Origin: a virus
Virus record (IMG/VR): IMGVR_UViG_3300029822_000001
Location: 32,001-96,000 of that record
DNA: 64,000 bases
Reading direction: 5' to 3' (one strand)
The first letter of the stretch is position 1, and each line of letters opens with the position of its first letter. Positions 46,817 to 57,500 of this stretch are shown one piece after another. The notes under the pieces are model-generated. The model saw nothing but the letters and a program-made list of their open reading frames with translations. It did no database searches and was not told the origin of the DNA. Made by a program: the position numbers and the translations under genes.

Positions 46817-48117
46817 ATTAAACCTTCTTTCATTTTGTTCAGGTCTGGCAGAATACTGTTATATCGTAATGGGATAATATCTGGCATATTACTGATGATA
46901 TCAGAGAATGAATAATACCGATTATCTTGAACCTGCTTGGATAGTGAAATAAAGTCACCTGTTATACGCGTATTCATCTTAGTGAATGCCTCTGATTTGT
47001 CTGAATCAGATAGTGTATCGGCGTCTTTTTGGCCTACCCAACCAGCAATAACTTCATCAATATTACTACTACTTACCATATCTGTCAATGAAGGATTAAA
47101 TACAGCACTAATTCGAGAGCCCCGACCATTAAAGACAACAGACAAGTACTTAATCAATGAAGTGTATAACTTTTTATCATCTTTAAACTGTAACAAAAAC
47201 TTGTACAAGTACTCATTATCTGGATTGGTTAGAAAAGCTACTTCTTTACTATCTATTTCTGAGGCTGAATCTACAATGGTACCCCAGTCTTGATGCTCAA
47301 CACAAATCTTTGTTAACATGTAGTTTAAGGCAGAAATATTAGTATCTCTACCAAACTTAATACTTTGATGTCCCTCTGTTGCGTAGTATTTATTCTCATC
47401 AAATGCTTTACGGTCATATTCTATCTGGTTATTATAGGCTTGTACTGCTTTCTCACCAAATACTGCATTAGGATAAGGAATACTATTACCATTACTTACA
47501 TGTTGATAGTATCCAAATACTGAAGACATATAGTAAACAGGATTGATTTTATTGTCATAACAAAAAGTAAATAACTCAGAAAAGGTAATTCTTGATGACT
47601 CTAGGTAAAAGGAATCTAAAGCCCTTTGAGAATTATTGTATAATTTGCTGTACCGATTGTATACATCTGCTAGTAATTTGACATAAAAATCTTGTAATCC
47701 TGCTCTATTGTCCTTACGTACCTTTTGAAAAGCAGATAATTGATAGTGATTCTCCTGTAGATACTGGTCTGCTCTACTCTTTGATGAACGACTCTTTAAC
47801 TCTTCTGGTAAAGAAAACTTACTTACCTTTACTTTTTTAGGAACTCTCTTAGGAGATTTTTCTTTAGGTGTGTTGTCAAACTTGTGATAGTCACCTGCAA
47901 AAGATATAATAACTCCACCAGAGCGTCCTCGCTTGGATTCTACACTAATTCTACCTTCTGCTGCTAATTCTTTGATAATTCTTGTTGTTTGCCTTACTGA
48001 CTTTTCAATCTTACTTGCTATATCTGTGTATGTAGCTTTTACGCTACCGCCTTCTAAGCCTAGATATAGGTACAGTTTTTCCAATACCGTCTGCTGTTTA
48101 ATAATAGCTGCATCCAT
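46813..48117 (-). CDS. HTH-containing Rep-like/regulatory protein
   Basis: N-terminal wHTH ending SKRGRSGG; synteny upstream of the DnaB helicase. Confidence 0.7.
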   Translation of the reverse strand: MDAAIIKQQTVLEKLYLYLGLEGGSVKATYTDIASKIEKSVRQTTRIIKELAAEGRISVESKRGRSGGVIISFAGDYHKFDNTPKEKSPKRVPKKVKVSKFSLPEELKSRSSKSRADQYLQENHYQLSAFQKVRKDNRAGLQDFYVKLLADVYNRYSKLYNNSQRALDSFYLESSRITFSELFTFCYDNKINPVYYMSSVFGYYQHVSNGNSIPYPNAVFGEKAVQAYNNQIEYDRKAFDENKYYATEGHQSIKFGRDTNISALNYMLTKICVEHQDWGTIVDSASEIDSKEVAFLTNPDNEYLYKFLLQFKDDKKLYTSLIKYLSVVFNGRGSRISAVFNPSLTDMVSSSNIDEVIAGWVGQKDADTLSDSDKSEAFTKMNTRITGDFISLSKQVQDNRYYSFSDIISNMPDIIPLRYNSILPDLNKMKEGLM

Positions 48118-48177
48118 CTAGTCAATCCCCCTCTTTTTATTTTCTGTAATAAGTATACCACAGTCTAATTTAAAACG

Positions 48178-48214
48178 CAAAAAAAGGTAGATTACAGATT
48201 AGTGTAATCTACCT
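48178..48214 (-). terminator. terminator after the endolysin
   Basis: AGGTAGATTAC/GTAATCTACCT hairpin plus T-run. Confidence 0.85.
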
Positions 48215-48241
48215 ACGACATATGAGGGTTTAATTAAATAT

Positions 48242-49591
48242 CTACTTGATTAGCAAGCGCTGGCCTGGATAGATAGTACTATTTGTACTTAGACCATTTT
48301 TACTTGCCAAACCATTCATGGATACATGGTACTTTTGACTGATTGACCAGAAGGAATCCCCTGAATGAATAGTATAATACGTATGCTTAGTCGTCTTTTT
48401 GGCAGAAGAGTTCTTAGCATTAGTATTACTTACCATCTTTACAAAGTTTTTGTTTGCCGTAAACGTTGTTGTATGTCCCTTGTGTATAAACTTCGGAACA
48501 CCATTACGAGTAGTATAGCCACTTACCTTAAGAATAGCACCCTTTTTATAGGTGTTAACTTTTTTATTGCCTAGATAAGTTGCAATACCCTTCTTGTTAA
48601 TTACCTTGACCGCTTTAACTTTGGATGATGAGTAGTAGGCAGTTAAATGTTCGGCAAGCATCCATCCCATTGGTTGTCCTTTATAGTACAAAAGAACTTC
48701 TTGGTTTGAGTGCCCCTTAGTAACTGCTTTAACTTGCTTAATAGTATAATTTTGGTGTAGTACAGTACTATCCACCTTAGAATTTTTACTATTTCCTTCA
48801 TCCCATGAAGCTACTCCAGAGTTAATTCTAACCTTTTCACCTGCAAAGAGTCCACCAGAATAGTACTTACTTGTACTACTAGTCCTTGCACTCTTATTAC
48901 CAATCCACCAACTTACAGGATGTACACTAGTAATAATCTTAGAGTGGTCTACTGATAAGCCTAGGCTACGACTATAGTAATTATCTTTATCCTGCCATAA
49001 TGCATAATTATATGGTGATGGTCGATAAGAACTATATCCTGCAAGCCAATAGGCATCATAACTCTTATAAGCTGTTGGTGCATAGGTTTGTTGAAAATTG
49101 CGGTAACTATAAAATACAACAGGCTTTTTGGTTAACTTCTTCATTTCTGTGTACCATGCTTTAGTAGCTGCATTAGGACTACCAGATAGTACTGAGTTAA
49201 CTTCAAAGTCATTTACATAAAACTTTGCATTAGGAGCCCTGTTATATAGCACTCTAGCTTCATTCTTAGCGTCGCTTACAGAAACGTAACGACTGAAGGA
49301 GTAAGCACCATAAGGTACTCCATATTTAGATAGTAAAGATGCATTATGTTTAAAGGTTGCATCTTCTCGTGCGGAACCATACTGTACCCGCAAAATCATA
49401 AAGGAAGTTTCTCCTTTAAGTGCTTTTGCTTGGCTATCTGTAAAGTATCCTTGCCATTCAGAGGTATCCAAAACTGGTTTAACGACAGTAGAGGCATTAG
49501 CTTTTGACTGTCCTACTAGAAACAGTCCTAATAGTACTCCTAAGATAGCGAGTAGTAAAACGTATCCGGTATTTTTCCAGCTTTTATTCAA
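48242..49591 (-). CDS. endolysin: signal peptide, GH25 muramidase, SH3-like, DUF5776-like and LysM domains
   Basis: Basic-hydrophobic-ANA signal; LDTSEWQG, YGAYSF, DFE, WLA.Y, LWQ; YTIHSGDSFWSI...IYPGQRL. Confidence 0.9.
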   Translation of the reverse strand: MNKSWKNTGYVLLLAILGVLLGLFLVGQSKANASTVVKPVLDTSEWQGYFTDSQAKALKGETSFMILRVQYGSAREDATFKHNASLLSKYGVPYGAYSFSRYVSVSDAKNEARVLYNRAPNAKFYVNDFEVNSVLSGSPNAATKAWYTEMKKLTKKPVVFYSYRNFQQTYAPTAYKSYDAYWLAGYSSYRPSPYNYALWQDKDNYYSRSLGLSVDHSKIITSVHPVSWWIGNKSARTSSTSKYYSGGLFAGEKVRINSGVASWDEGNSKNSKVDSTVLHQNYTIKQVKAVTKGHSNQEVLLYYKGQPMGWMLAEHLTAYYSSSKVKAVKVINKKGIATYLGNKKVNTYKKGAILKVSGYTTRNGVPKFIHKGHTTTFTANKNFVKMVSNTNAKNSSAKKTTKHTYYTIHSGDSFWSISQKYHVSMNGLASKNGLSTNSTIYPGQRLLIK

Positions 49592-49612
49592 TTGATAAAC
49601 CCCCGTGTAAAA

Positions 49613-50176
49613 CTAGTTACTTTTTGTAGTATTTGTATCTGTTGCTACAGGTTGTACCTGTGAAGCAGCACTTGGTTCTGATGAAACTGCTGGGGTTGCT
49701 GAAGCAATAGCTTTTTGAACCGCTTCATTAATTGCCTGAGCTTTAGCAACTTGAGCTTTAGCATCTGCCAACTTTTCGTCTGCTTGTACCAACTTTTCGT
49801 CAGTAGCTTTAGAAGCACTTTTACCATAAGTACTATCCAAAGTATCCTTAAGAGTAGCCCAAGCGTGTTCAACAGCGTTAGCAATAGTTGCTTGGTCCGC
49901 AGTGGAAAATCCAAGGTTGGTTAAAGACTTAGCTGCAATTTCGTTAGCAAAGTCACGTTCCTTGGCACCGGTCCAACCATTTAAAGCGCCTTGTTTCTCA
50001 GCAACTGTAACCGCATCCTTGGCAATTGGAGCTAAAGCTTCTACTAGAGACACCGCCTTATTGACCTTAACTGCATTCTTAGAAGTATCCGTAGCTAACT
50101 TACCTACGTAACCAACTACAATAACTAATAGTGCATTAATGACTGAAACAACAATAGTAGTAATCGTATCTTGCAA
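49613..50176 (-). CDS. holin, LL-H type
   Basis: Single N-terminal TM, A.DAV..AE...G..K...A...I..AVE.A pattern; directly upstream of the lysin. Confidence 0.8.
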   Translation of the reverse strand: MQDTITTIVVSVINALLVIVVGYVGKLATDTSKNAVKVNKAVSLVEALAPIAKDAVTVAEKQGALNGWTGAKERDFANEIAAKSLTNLGFSTADQATIANAVEHAWATLKDTLDSTYGKSASKATDEKLVQADEKLADAKAQVAKAQAINEAVQKAIASATPAVSSEPSAASQVQPVATDTNTTKSN

Positions 50177-50240
50177 GATATATACCTTCTTTCTTTTTCA
50201 TATGTAATATAAGGAGATTTCGCTCTCCTATATTTATTTG

Positions 50241-53200
50241 TTATTGCTGTGACAAAATTGAAACTAACTGTGCCGCTCGGGGAAGTACATACTGAGATGG
50301 AGCAGACATTGCAATCTTGTACTTAACTTGTGTAGCCAAGTGGTTAACATCAGTTGCTGTAGGTACCGTTGCATTATAAACATAACGATTCATTAATGCG
50401 GATATTGGTTGGACACTCTCTGGAACAGCTTCACTCTTACCGTCAGTACTGAAAGTATACCAGGTACTCCCCCCGTCAGTACTGTAGTAAGGAACTACTG
50501 AAGAACCTGATGGTATATAGGCGTCATACTGTAAGTTAACATGGTTATACGCCGCAGTACCTTGTTCAGCAAGACCTATACTGATATAGTTACCCTTTGT
50601 GTCATTTAAGATACCTGCAAGAGTTAAACAAGAAAGTGCCAGCTTTGGTGAGACGTACTCCGTGGCTGTTATTTTAGCCATTAATTGTATCTGTCTTGTG
50701 TCACTTAAGAAAGTTATCTCGTCAGCATAAGGATTACCATTATCACTAAGAACAGTTGAGTTAGAATTCCCATTGATGGCATTAATGGCTTCCCAAGGCT
50801 TAGATTCAATAGATGCATCAACATCGTCAGTGTTAGACACGTACCGAATGTACCAACTCATGTTAGTATTATCTGGTGTTAAATAGGCAGTTAATAAAGC
50901 AAGTCGATTAATACTTACTGGTGACAAGCTAGTATCTCCATCAGTAAATGATTGGTTTTTAAGTGTTAATGGAGTAAAGGCAATATTTGATGATTCTGAG
51001 AATCTTGCCGTATAAATATTGTACTTCAAAGAAGAGGATGGGTCTACTAGCCAACTCTGTGAATTAGATGAAGTAAATAAGTTACCATTGTCTGAAGGCC
51101 TACCAAGTAATTTAGTATCACTACCAACGATAGTCTCCCCTTTGGTAGCCTTAAATAAGAAATAGTCATCCGAGTCTGTAACAAGTACTATACAGTAAGC
51201 TTGATTAGCATCAAGTTGTACAATATCATTAAAGTAAATGCGAGTTTCCAGTGATGCATCTTTACTTACATTAATGTTATCTGGACTTAAAGTAGTATGT
51301 GCTACAATTGTATTTCCTGGAGTTTGACCATCATCACTTAATTTACGAATTTGAACCTCTAATTGTGGATGTGCCTTTCCAGCAGTACTATCATTACCTG
51401 AGTTACTGTTTGGTGTACGATTGAAGTATAAGCCAATGCTTGTTAAGAATCGTAAGTCATTGTAGGTGAAGCTCTGTGCTACAGGGTCGTAAACATCTAG
51501 TGTAACTTGTTGTACATTAACAACAGAAGTAACTGTTTCCTGGGTACCATAAGCTGTATACGTTGTAGAAGCCACTGAAGTATCATTATATACCTTAATC
51601 GTTCTAGTACCACACTTAATTCCACTAGGAATAATAAAAGTTCCTTTAACGTTACCTTCACCATCAGCTTTAAAAGTATTAGCAGTTGTTCCCTTATAAA
51701 GGTCACTGCTTGGTGTTGGATTAAGGACAGGTTTTCCATCAATAGTTACCTGTAAGTTATCCTCATTAGGCAAGAAGTTTGAAGCATTTAGCGTGATACT
51801 ACGACTGCGCATGTACTCTTCAGCAGAGCTTAGGGAACTAGAACCACCACTAGACGTGATAGTACCTGTTCTCTCATGCTTATTAGCCTGATTCCATGAG
51901 CCACCGTTAGACAACGTAACATTACTTGTAACGTAAGAAGTATCCCCGGTCATCCTGCCCCTATGGTCCCAGTAACGGTCAACATGATAGGTTACAGGAG
52001 ATGACGAATAGTTATAAGATACTACATTTTGATAATCAATCCAGTTATCAGAAGATGGGTTAACAGTTAAGCTACCAACAATGGTATATGCATCATATGG
52101 ATTGACATTAATAGCACCGGTAGCTACATTTTGAGAAATATCTGCAACTTCTGTGTAGGAGCTAGTAATAAACTGTCCCGTTTGCTCCGCTGTAGTAGAG
52201 CTAGGGTCAATGTCTGGTGTAATTGCCATAGATGATTTAATTTTAGGTGTTACTTCTCCTCGCTGTAAATCGTAACCAACAGTGAACTCTGGATTGCTCG
52301 TATCACCCCGTAGTGGCGTGTTGAAGGCATCTGAGAAGACGTCCTTATAAGTTAATGGGTCAACTGATGAAGAGGCGTCAGACTCCATATTTGACAACGC
52401 TGAGTTATACTCAAGAACACTAATTCTATCCTGTTGCTTTTGTAATTCACTAAATGGAATATTCTTAACCGTTTGTGATACAAAAATAGCATTAGTGGAG
52501 TCAGGGTAAATAATAATGTACCCTAGTTCCAAACTATAAGGGTCATTCATAGAAGGAGGTGTAGCAGTAGAAAGAGGTGCAGGGGTACCTTCAATAACAT
52601 TAAAAGGAGAAGTATCCGAACTCGTTACATTTTTAATAGTTACCATATCAATTCTTGCATAGAAGAATGAATAGTCAACATTTACTAATGAACCAGAAAT
52701 CGGCTTAACTCCAGACATACCATCAAAAACAATGCTAGTTGCATTAGTACTACTATCAACTACTAACTTATAGTCAGTACCCTCAATAAGAACATTAGTT
52801 GAATTATACACAACAACATAGCTAGAGTTTGATGAAGGAACATTAGCCTTAGGTAATGAATTACCTTCAGCATCTCGTCCCCAAGTAATTACATTCTGAC
52901 TATAAGAAAAATCTGTTCCCTGTACATATGTTGTATCTCCTTGTTTAACAGAAACTACTTGGTAAACTTCTGGGTTTGTTGAAAAAGTATCTGTGATACC
53001 TGAAGAACTTCTTGTAACGCTAGAATTAGTATTTTGTACAGATGCCACAATTTTATTTATCTTCTGCACTGGTTGGTTAGACAACTTGTACCTGGAACTG
53101 TACAAATATTGCTCAGAGGTACTGTTTGAAGAATCCGTAGCCTTATCTATGGACACTGGAATAGTTTCACTAGTAACCACTTGGTATCCATTAACATATG

Positions 53201-54458
53201 CTGTACCTGCATCTACCTTTAGAAGTAACTTAGAACTATCTAAAGTGTCAGGAACAACACTAGCATTGAATCCAGAAACCACATAAGAACCAGATTCATC
53301 AGCAGTACGCTTAGCTAGTATCTGATTAATCACTGTATAATCAGGTTTGCTAGAACTTATATTTAACTTGTTATTACTGAAGGTAAATAACGTAACCGCA
53401 TCTGGGTCATTGTAAGTTAAATTTACCGTGTACTTCTTTCTATCTGCTCCTTCTTCTCCAAAAGTTGTAGAGTTCTCTGCAGCGCTTGTATGGTCCAATA
53501 AGTCAGGGTCTTGTAAGTAAGTCACCTTTTCAGTATCTAAAGTAACCCCAATGCTTTCTGTTCCTACTCCTGTAATAGAGATGTCCTGACCTGAAAATTC
53601 TCTAACTGCTCCTTGAAGCCATATTTGACCAGATTTTACAGTATAGTTTTTACTCCGTGTCTCCGAGTTAGGAGTTGTATCATCCGCAGTGTTTAATACC
53701 CAGTCAGTAGCATCATATCCATCTTCTACTTTTAGTTCATTCAAGTTTAACTTAATGGCTCCGCCAGCAACTGCATCGTATCCTGAGTTTAAGATAACTT
53801 GAAAAGTACTAGTCCCTGTTACATTTGTGTCCAAAGACAATGTTACTTGGTGAGAAACACCATCATCTAAGTTAATGATATTTCCATTAACATCAACCAA
53901 TGGAGTACCAGTAGTATCTGTAGGGCTAGTTGCTACTTCTACCCCATCAATCTCAAAGGTCTTAACAGCTAACTTGTCACTATCTAAAGAGAAATTAAGC
54001 TTATGAATAGTCCCAGCTACTTTAGTAAGCATAAAACTAACAGTAGTCCCTACCCCTTTATTAGTGATACCTTTAAATTGTATACCCGGATAGTCTGTTG
54101 TTAAGTTAGCTTCAGTAGTAATAGGTAAACTACCATCTGAAGTATATGAGGTTGTATCAATTCGGTCATTAATCGCCATAAGAGTGGCTAAACTAAAGTT
54201 GTTAGCGTTAATGCCATCAGGTAAAGGAACAGTACCACTACCTGTTGCATTAGGTACCACGTCCATGCCAGAGATAATAGCACCTTCTTGGAAAATAGTG
54301 TCTCCAATTAGTTGCATCTGATGGTCTTGCATAGATTGCATCTCTAGCATTTCCCAATTAAAAGCACTTTTACCAGGCTTAAACAATATTTCACTATATC
54401 TTTTTGATGCCTCATAGGGGTTATTGTATGGTGATGTACTATCATCAAATGTGCTCAA
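50241..54458 (-). CDS. large baseplate/adsorption tail protein (DUF4815-like), paralog 2
   Basis: SPYNNPY...ILFKPG...E.Q, GADR, LAKRT.DESGSY.V.GF, NVNPY, DPVAQSF; start probably TTG at 54458. Confidence 0.85.
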   Translation of the reverse strand: MSTFDDSTSPYNNPYEASKRYSEILFKPGKSAFNWEMLEMQSMQDHQMQLIGDTIFQEGAIISGMDVVPNATGSGTVPLPDGINANNFSLATLMAINDRIDTTSYTSDGSLPITTEANLTTDYPGIQFKGITNKGVGTTVSFMLTKVAGTIHKLNFSLDSDKLAVKTFEIDGVEVATSPTDTTGTPLVDVNGNIINLDDGVSHQVTLSLDTNVTGTSTFQVILNSGYDAVAGGAIKLNLNELKVEDGYDATDWVLNTADDTTPNSETRSKNYTVKSGQIWLQGAVREFSGQDISITGVGTESIGVTLDTEKVTYLQDPDLLDHTSAAENSTTFGEEGADRKKYTVNLTYNDPDAVTLFTFSNNKLNISSSKPDYTVINQILAKRTADESGSYVVSGFNASVVPDTLDSSKLLLKVDAGTAYVNGYQVVTSETIPVSIDKATDSSNSTSEQYLYSSRYKLSNQPVQKINKIVASVQNTNSSVTRSSSGITDTFSTNPEVYQVVSVKQGDTTYVQGTDFSYSQNVITWGRDAEGNSLPKANVPSSNSSYVVVYNSTNVLIEGTDYKLVVDSSTNATSIVFDGMSGVKPISGSLVNVDYSFFYARIDMVTIKNVTSSDTSPFNVIEGTPAPLSTATPPSMNDPYSLELGYIIIYPDSTNAIFVSQTVKNIPFSELQKQQDRISVLEYNSALSNMESDASSSVDPLTYKDVFSDAFNTPLRGDTSNPEFTVGYDLQRGEVTPKIKSSMAITPDIDPSSTTAEQTGQFITSSYTEVADISQNVATGAINVNPYDAYTIVGSLTVNPSSDNWIDYQNVVSYNYSSSPVTYHVDRYWDHRGRMTGDTSYVTSNVTLSNGGSWNQANKHERTGTITSSGGSSSLSSAEEYMRSRSITLNASNFLPNEDNLQVTIDGKPVLNPTPSSDLYKGTTANTFKADGEGNVKGTFIIPSGIKCGTRTIKVYNDTSVASTTYTAYGTQETVTSVVNVQQVTLDVYDPVAQSFTYNDLRFLTSIGLYFNRTPNSNSGNDSTAGKAHPQLEVQIRKLSDDGQTPGNTIVAHTTLSPDNINVSKDASLETRIYFNDIVQLDANQAYCIVLVTDSDDYFLFKATKGETIVGSDTKLLGRPSDNGNLFTSSNSQSWLVDPSSSLKYNIYTARFSESSNIAFTPLTLKNQSFTDGDTSLSPVSINRLALLTAYLTPDNTNMSWYIRYVSNTDDVDASIESKPWEAINAINGNSNSTVLSDNGNPYADEITFLSDTRQIQLMAKITATEYVSPKLALSCLTLAGILNDTKGNYISIGLAEQGTAAYNHVNLQYDAYIPSGSSVVPYYSTDGGSTWYTFSTDGKSEAVPESVQPISALMNRYVYNATVPTATDVNHLATQVKYKIAMSAPSQYVLPRAAQLVSILSQQ

Positions 54459-54528
54459 TTTCTCAGCTTCTTTCTTTTTTTTTAGCATACAATTTGTATG
54501 TATCCCCCTTATAGTAGGGGGAGTTAAA

Positions 54529-57500
54529 CTATTCGTTAGTAAGAACAACCGTAAAGGAACCTGCTTGTGGCTTATGATACTGGTCTGGTCCTTTAATGCT
54601 TACTTTGTACTTAACCTGTGTAGCTAAGGAGCTACCAGGAACCTTACCAACAAAGGTATATTTATTATCCATAGGATTTACTGCTTTAATACTCGTAGGT
54701 ACACTAGGGGAAGTACCATTATTACTGAAAGTATTCCAAGTGCTACCACCATCAATACTATACTGTAAATCAATAGTTCCTGAAGTTGGTACATGAGCAT
54801 TGATTTGAGCTTTCAAAGTATTAAAGGCAGCATCATCACTTTCATCTACATTCTCTGATAGGTAGGTTGCAGAAGTATTATCCACAATACCAACTAAATG
54901 TAAAGCGTCCAAAGATATCTTTGGAGACACATTAGAAGTTGCTGACATCTTTGCCATTAACTGAACTTGACGAACGTTACCTTCAAAGTTTAGTTGACCT
55001 CTATATGGAGAGTTACCAGACTCATTAATAGAGCTAGTAGATACCCCGTTTACAGCATTCATTGGTAACCAGTTACGGTCAGATAACTTAGCTGAAGCAT
55101 CATCACTACTCATTAAGTAACGAACGTACCAGTCAATATTAGTGTTACCTGCAGTTGTGTATGCAGTCAATAAAGCCATTCGATTAATCTGGTCTGGTGT
55201 AATGGTAGTATCTCCATCAGTGAAAGATAGATTACTTAAAGTATTAGGAGTAAATACTAGTGACGCCTCAGTGTTGAATGACGCAGTATATACATTATAC
55301 TTCAAAGAAGAAGATGGGTCATCTACCCAACTTTGTGCATTGGAAGAAGTAAATAAGTTACCATTATCTGACGGTCTGCCTGTAAGATACGTACTTTCAT
55401 CGCCCAACAAATGCTTACCTTTAGTAGCCTTGTATAACCAGTAGTTATCAGAGTCAGTTACAACTACAAAACAGTAACCTTGGTTAGCATTCAAAGGAAT
55501 TATATCGTCAAAGTAAACTCTAGTTTCTGCTGAAGCATCATTACTGGTTTTAATGGTGTCAGAGGCAATAGTAGCAGTTCCTAGAACTTCATTACTTGGT
55601 CCGCTACCATCTGAGTTAAGAGTTCTAACTTGTACCGAAATAGATGGATGAGCAGTAACATTATTAGTACTTGGTGTTCTGTAGAAGTACATACCAATAC
55701 TAGTAAGGTACTTATTATCTGATAGTGTAAAACTCTGAGCTACTGGGTCATACAAATAAACGGTAACAGCTACTTTGTTAACTATCTTCTGAACATCCTC
55801 TGTAGTTCCATAAGCAGTGTATGAAGTAAATGCCATATTGTCCCCATTAGCAACTTTAACGTTACGAGAACCACATTGAATACCAATAGGAATCTTAAAA
55901 GTACCTTTAACTTCTCCATTAGAGTCTGCCTTAAAAGTACCTTCTTGTGTTCCTTGATAAGAAGATGATGCTGCTTTAGGTGTATCTACTGGTACATCAT
56001 CAATAGTTACCTGTAAATTATCTGCATCTGGTAAAAGATTTGTTGCATCAAAAGTTACTTCCGTTTGTCGCATAAACTGAATAGCACTGTTGACTGTTTT
56101 AGAACCAATCTCTTTAGTTGTATCAATGGTGTACTTTCCCCAAGCATCAGAGCGTTCATAATCCCAGTAATGATTAAAGTTACCAACCATTTCTGCGTTA
56201 GTAGCATCAAAATCACCGTAAGATAAATGGGCATTATCAATATTAAGACCTAATGAGTTTAGATAATCAGAAGCATTGTAAGTTCCAATAGTAGATACAG
56301 ACTTCTGTACCTTCTTATTATAGATAGTAGTGTGCTGTTGGTCAACCCAGTTATCTACCGCTGGAGATAGAGACAAAGAGCCATTAATAGAATAAACATC
56401 ATAAGGATTAACATTGATAGTATCTGTAACAGAAGTTTGAGATATTGTGTTGGTCTCGGTATAGTTGGCTGTTACAAAAGAACCAGTAGTTCTTGTGGTA
56501 CTAGAGGTACTATCAATAGTAGGAGTATATGATATGGAAGACCTAATAGACGGAACAATGTATCCATCAGAAAAATCATAAGCCGCTGTAAAGTCCTTAT
56601 TAGAAGTATCAGCAACGTCCAGACTAACAAAGTTATCTGCAAAAACATCCTTGTAAGTTAAAGGATTAACAGTACTCGTAGCCGCTTGAGTAGCACTTGA
56701 AATAGCCGAATTATACTGCAAATTATCCACTTGAGTTGCTCGTTTTTGTAACTCACTAAATGGCATGTTCTTAACAGTATCCATAACAAATATTGCTTTA
56801 TCTGAGTTAGGTAAGATGGTAACATAACCTAGTTCCAAACTGTAAGCATCATCTAATACAGGAGGCTTAACCGAACTTAAGCTGTTAGGACTACCTTTAA
56901 TAACAGTAAAAGGATTATTGTCGGAACTCGATGGGTTCTTAATAGTAATCATATCCATTCTTGCATAGAAGAATGAATAGTCAACATTTACTAGAGAGTT
57001 AGAAATAGGGGTTAATCCAGACATACCTGTAAAACTGATAGAGGTATTCTGATTATCATCAATCACTAACTTATAATCAGTACCTTCAGTTAACACAGCC
57101 GTATAATTATAAACAACAATGTAACTAGACCCAGCTGATGGCACTTTTGCACCATTAAGGGAGTTACCGTTAGAATCGCGTCCCCAGGTAATCACATTAG
57201 CAGAATAACTAAAGTCGGTCCCTTGTGTATAAGTAGTACTTCCTTGTACAACAGATACAATCTGATATACTTCAGTAGTACTTGCAAAGGTATCTGTAAT
57301 ACCAGAAGAACTTCGTACAACATTCTGGTTTTTCCCTTGGACAGAGGCAACTACTTTGTTAACTTGCTGTACTGGCTGGTTAACTAGCTGGTAACTTGGC
57401 TGATAGACATATTGTTCAGAAGTACTACCAGAAGAAGTTACTGACTTGTCTAATGAAACTGGAGTCGTTGTAGAAGTAATTACCTGGTAACCATTAACAT

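Noticed and set aside
54459-54548. N-terminal extension of tail paralog 2, or a frameshift fusion of the two paralogs
   Set aside because: Paralog homology starts at the TTG at 54458; I see no convincing shift site before the paralog 1 stop
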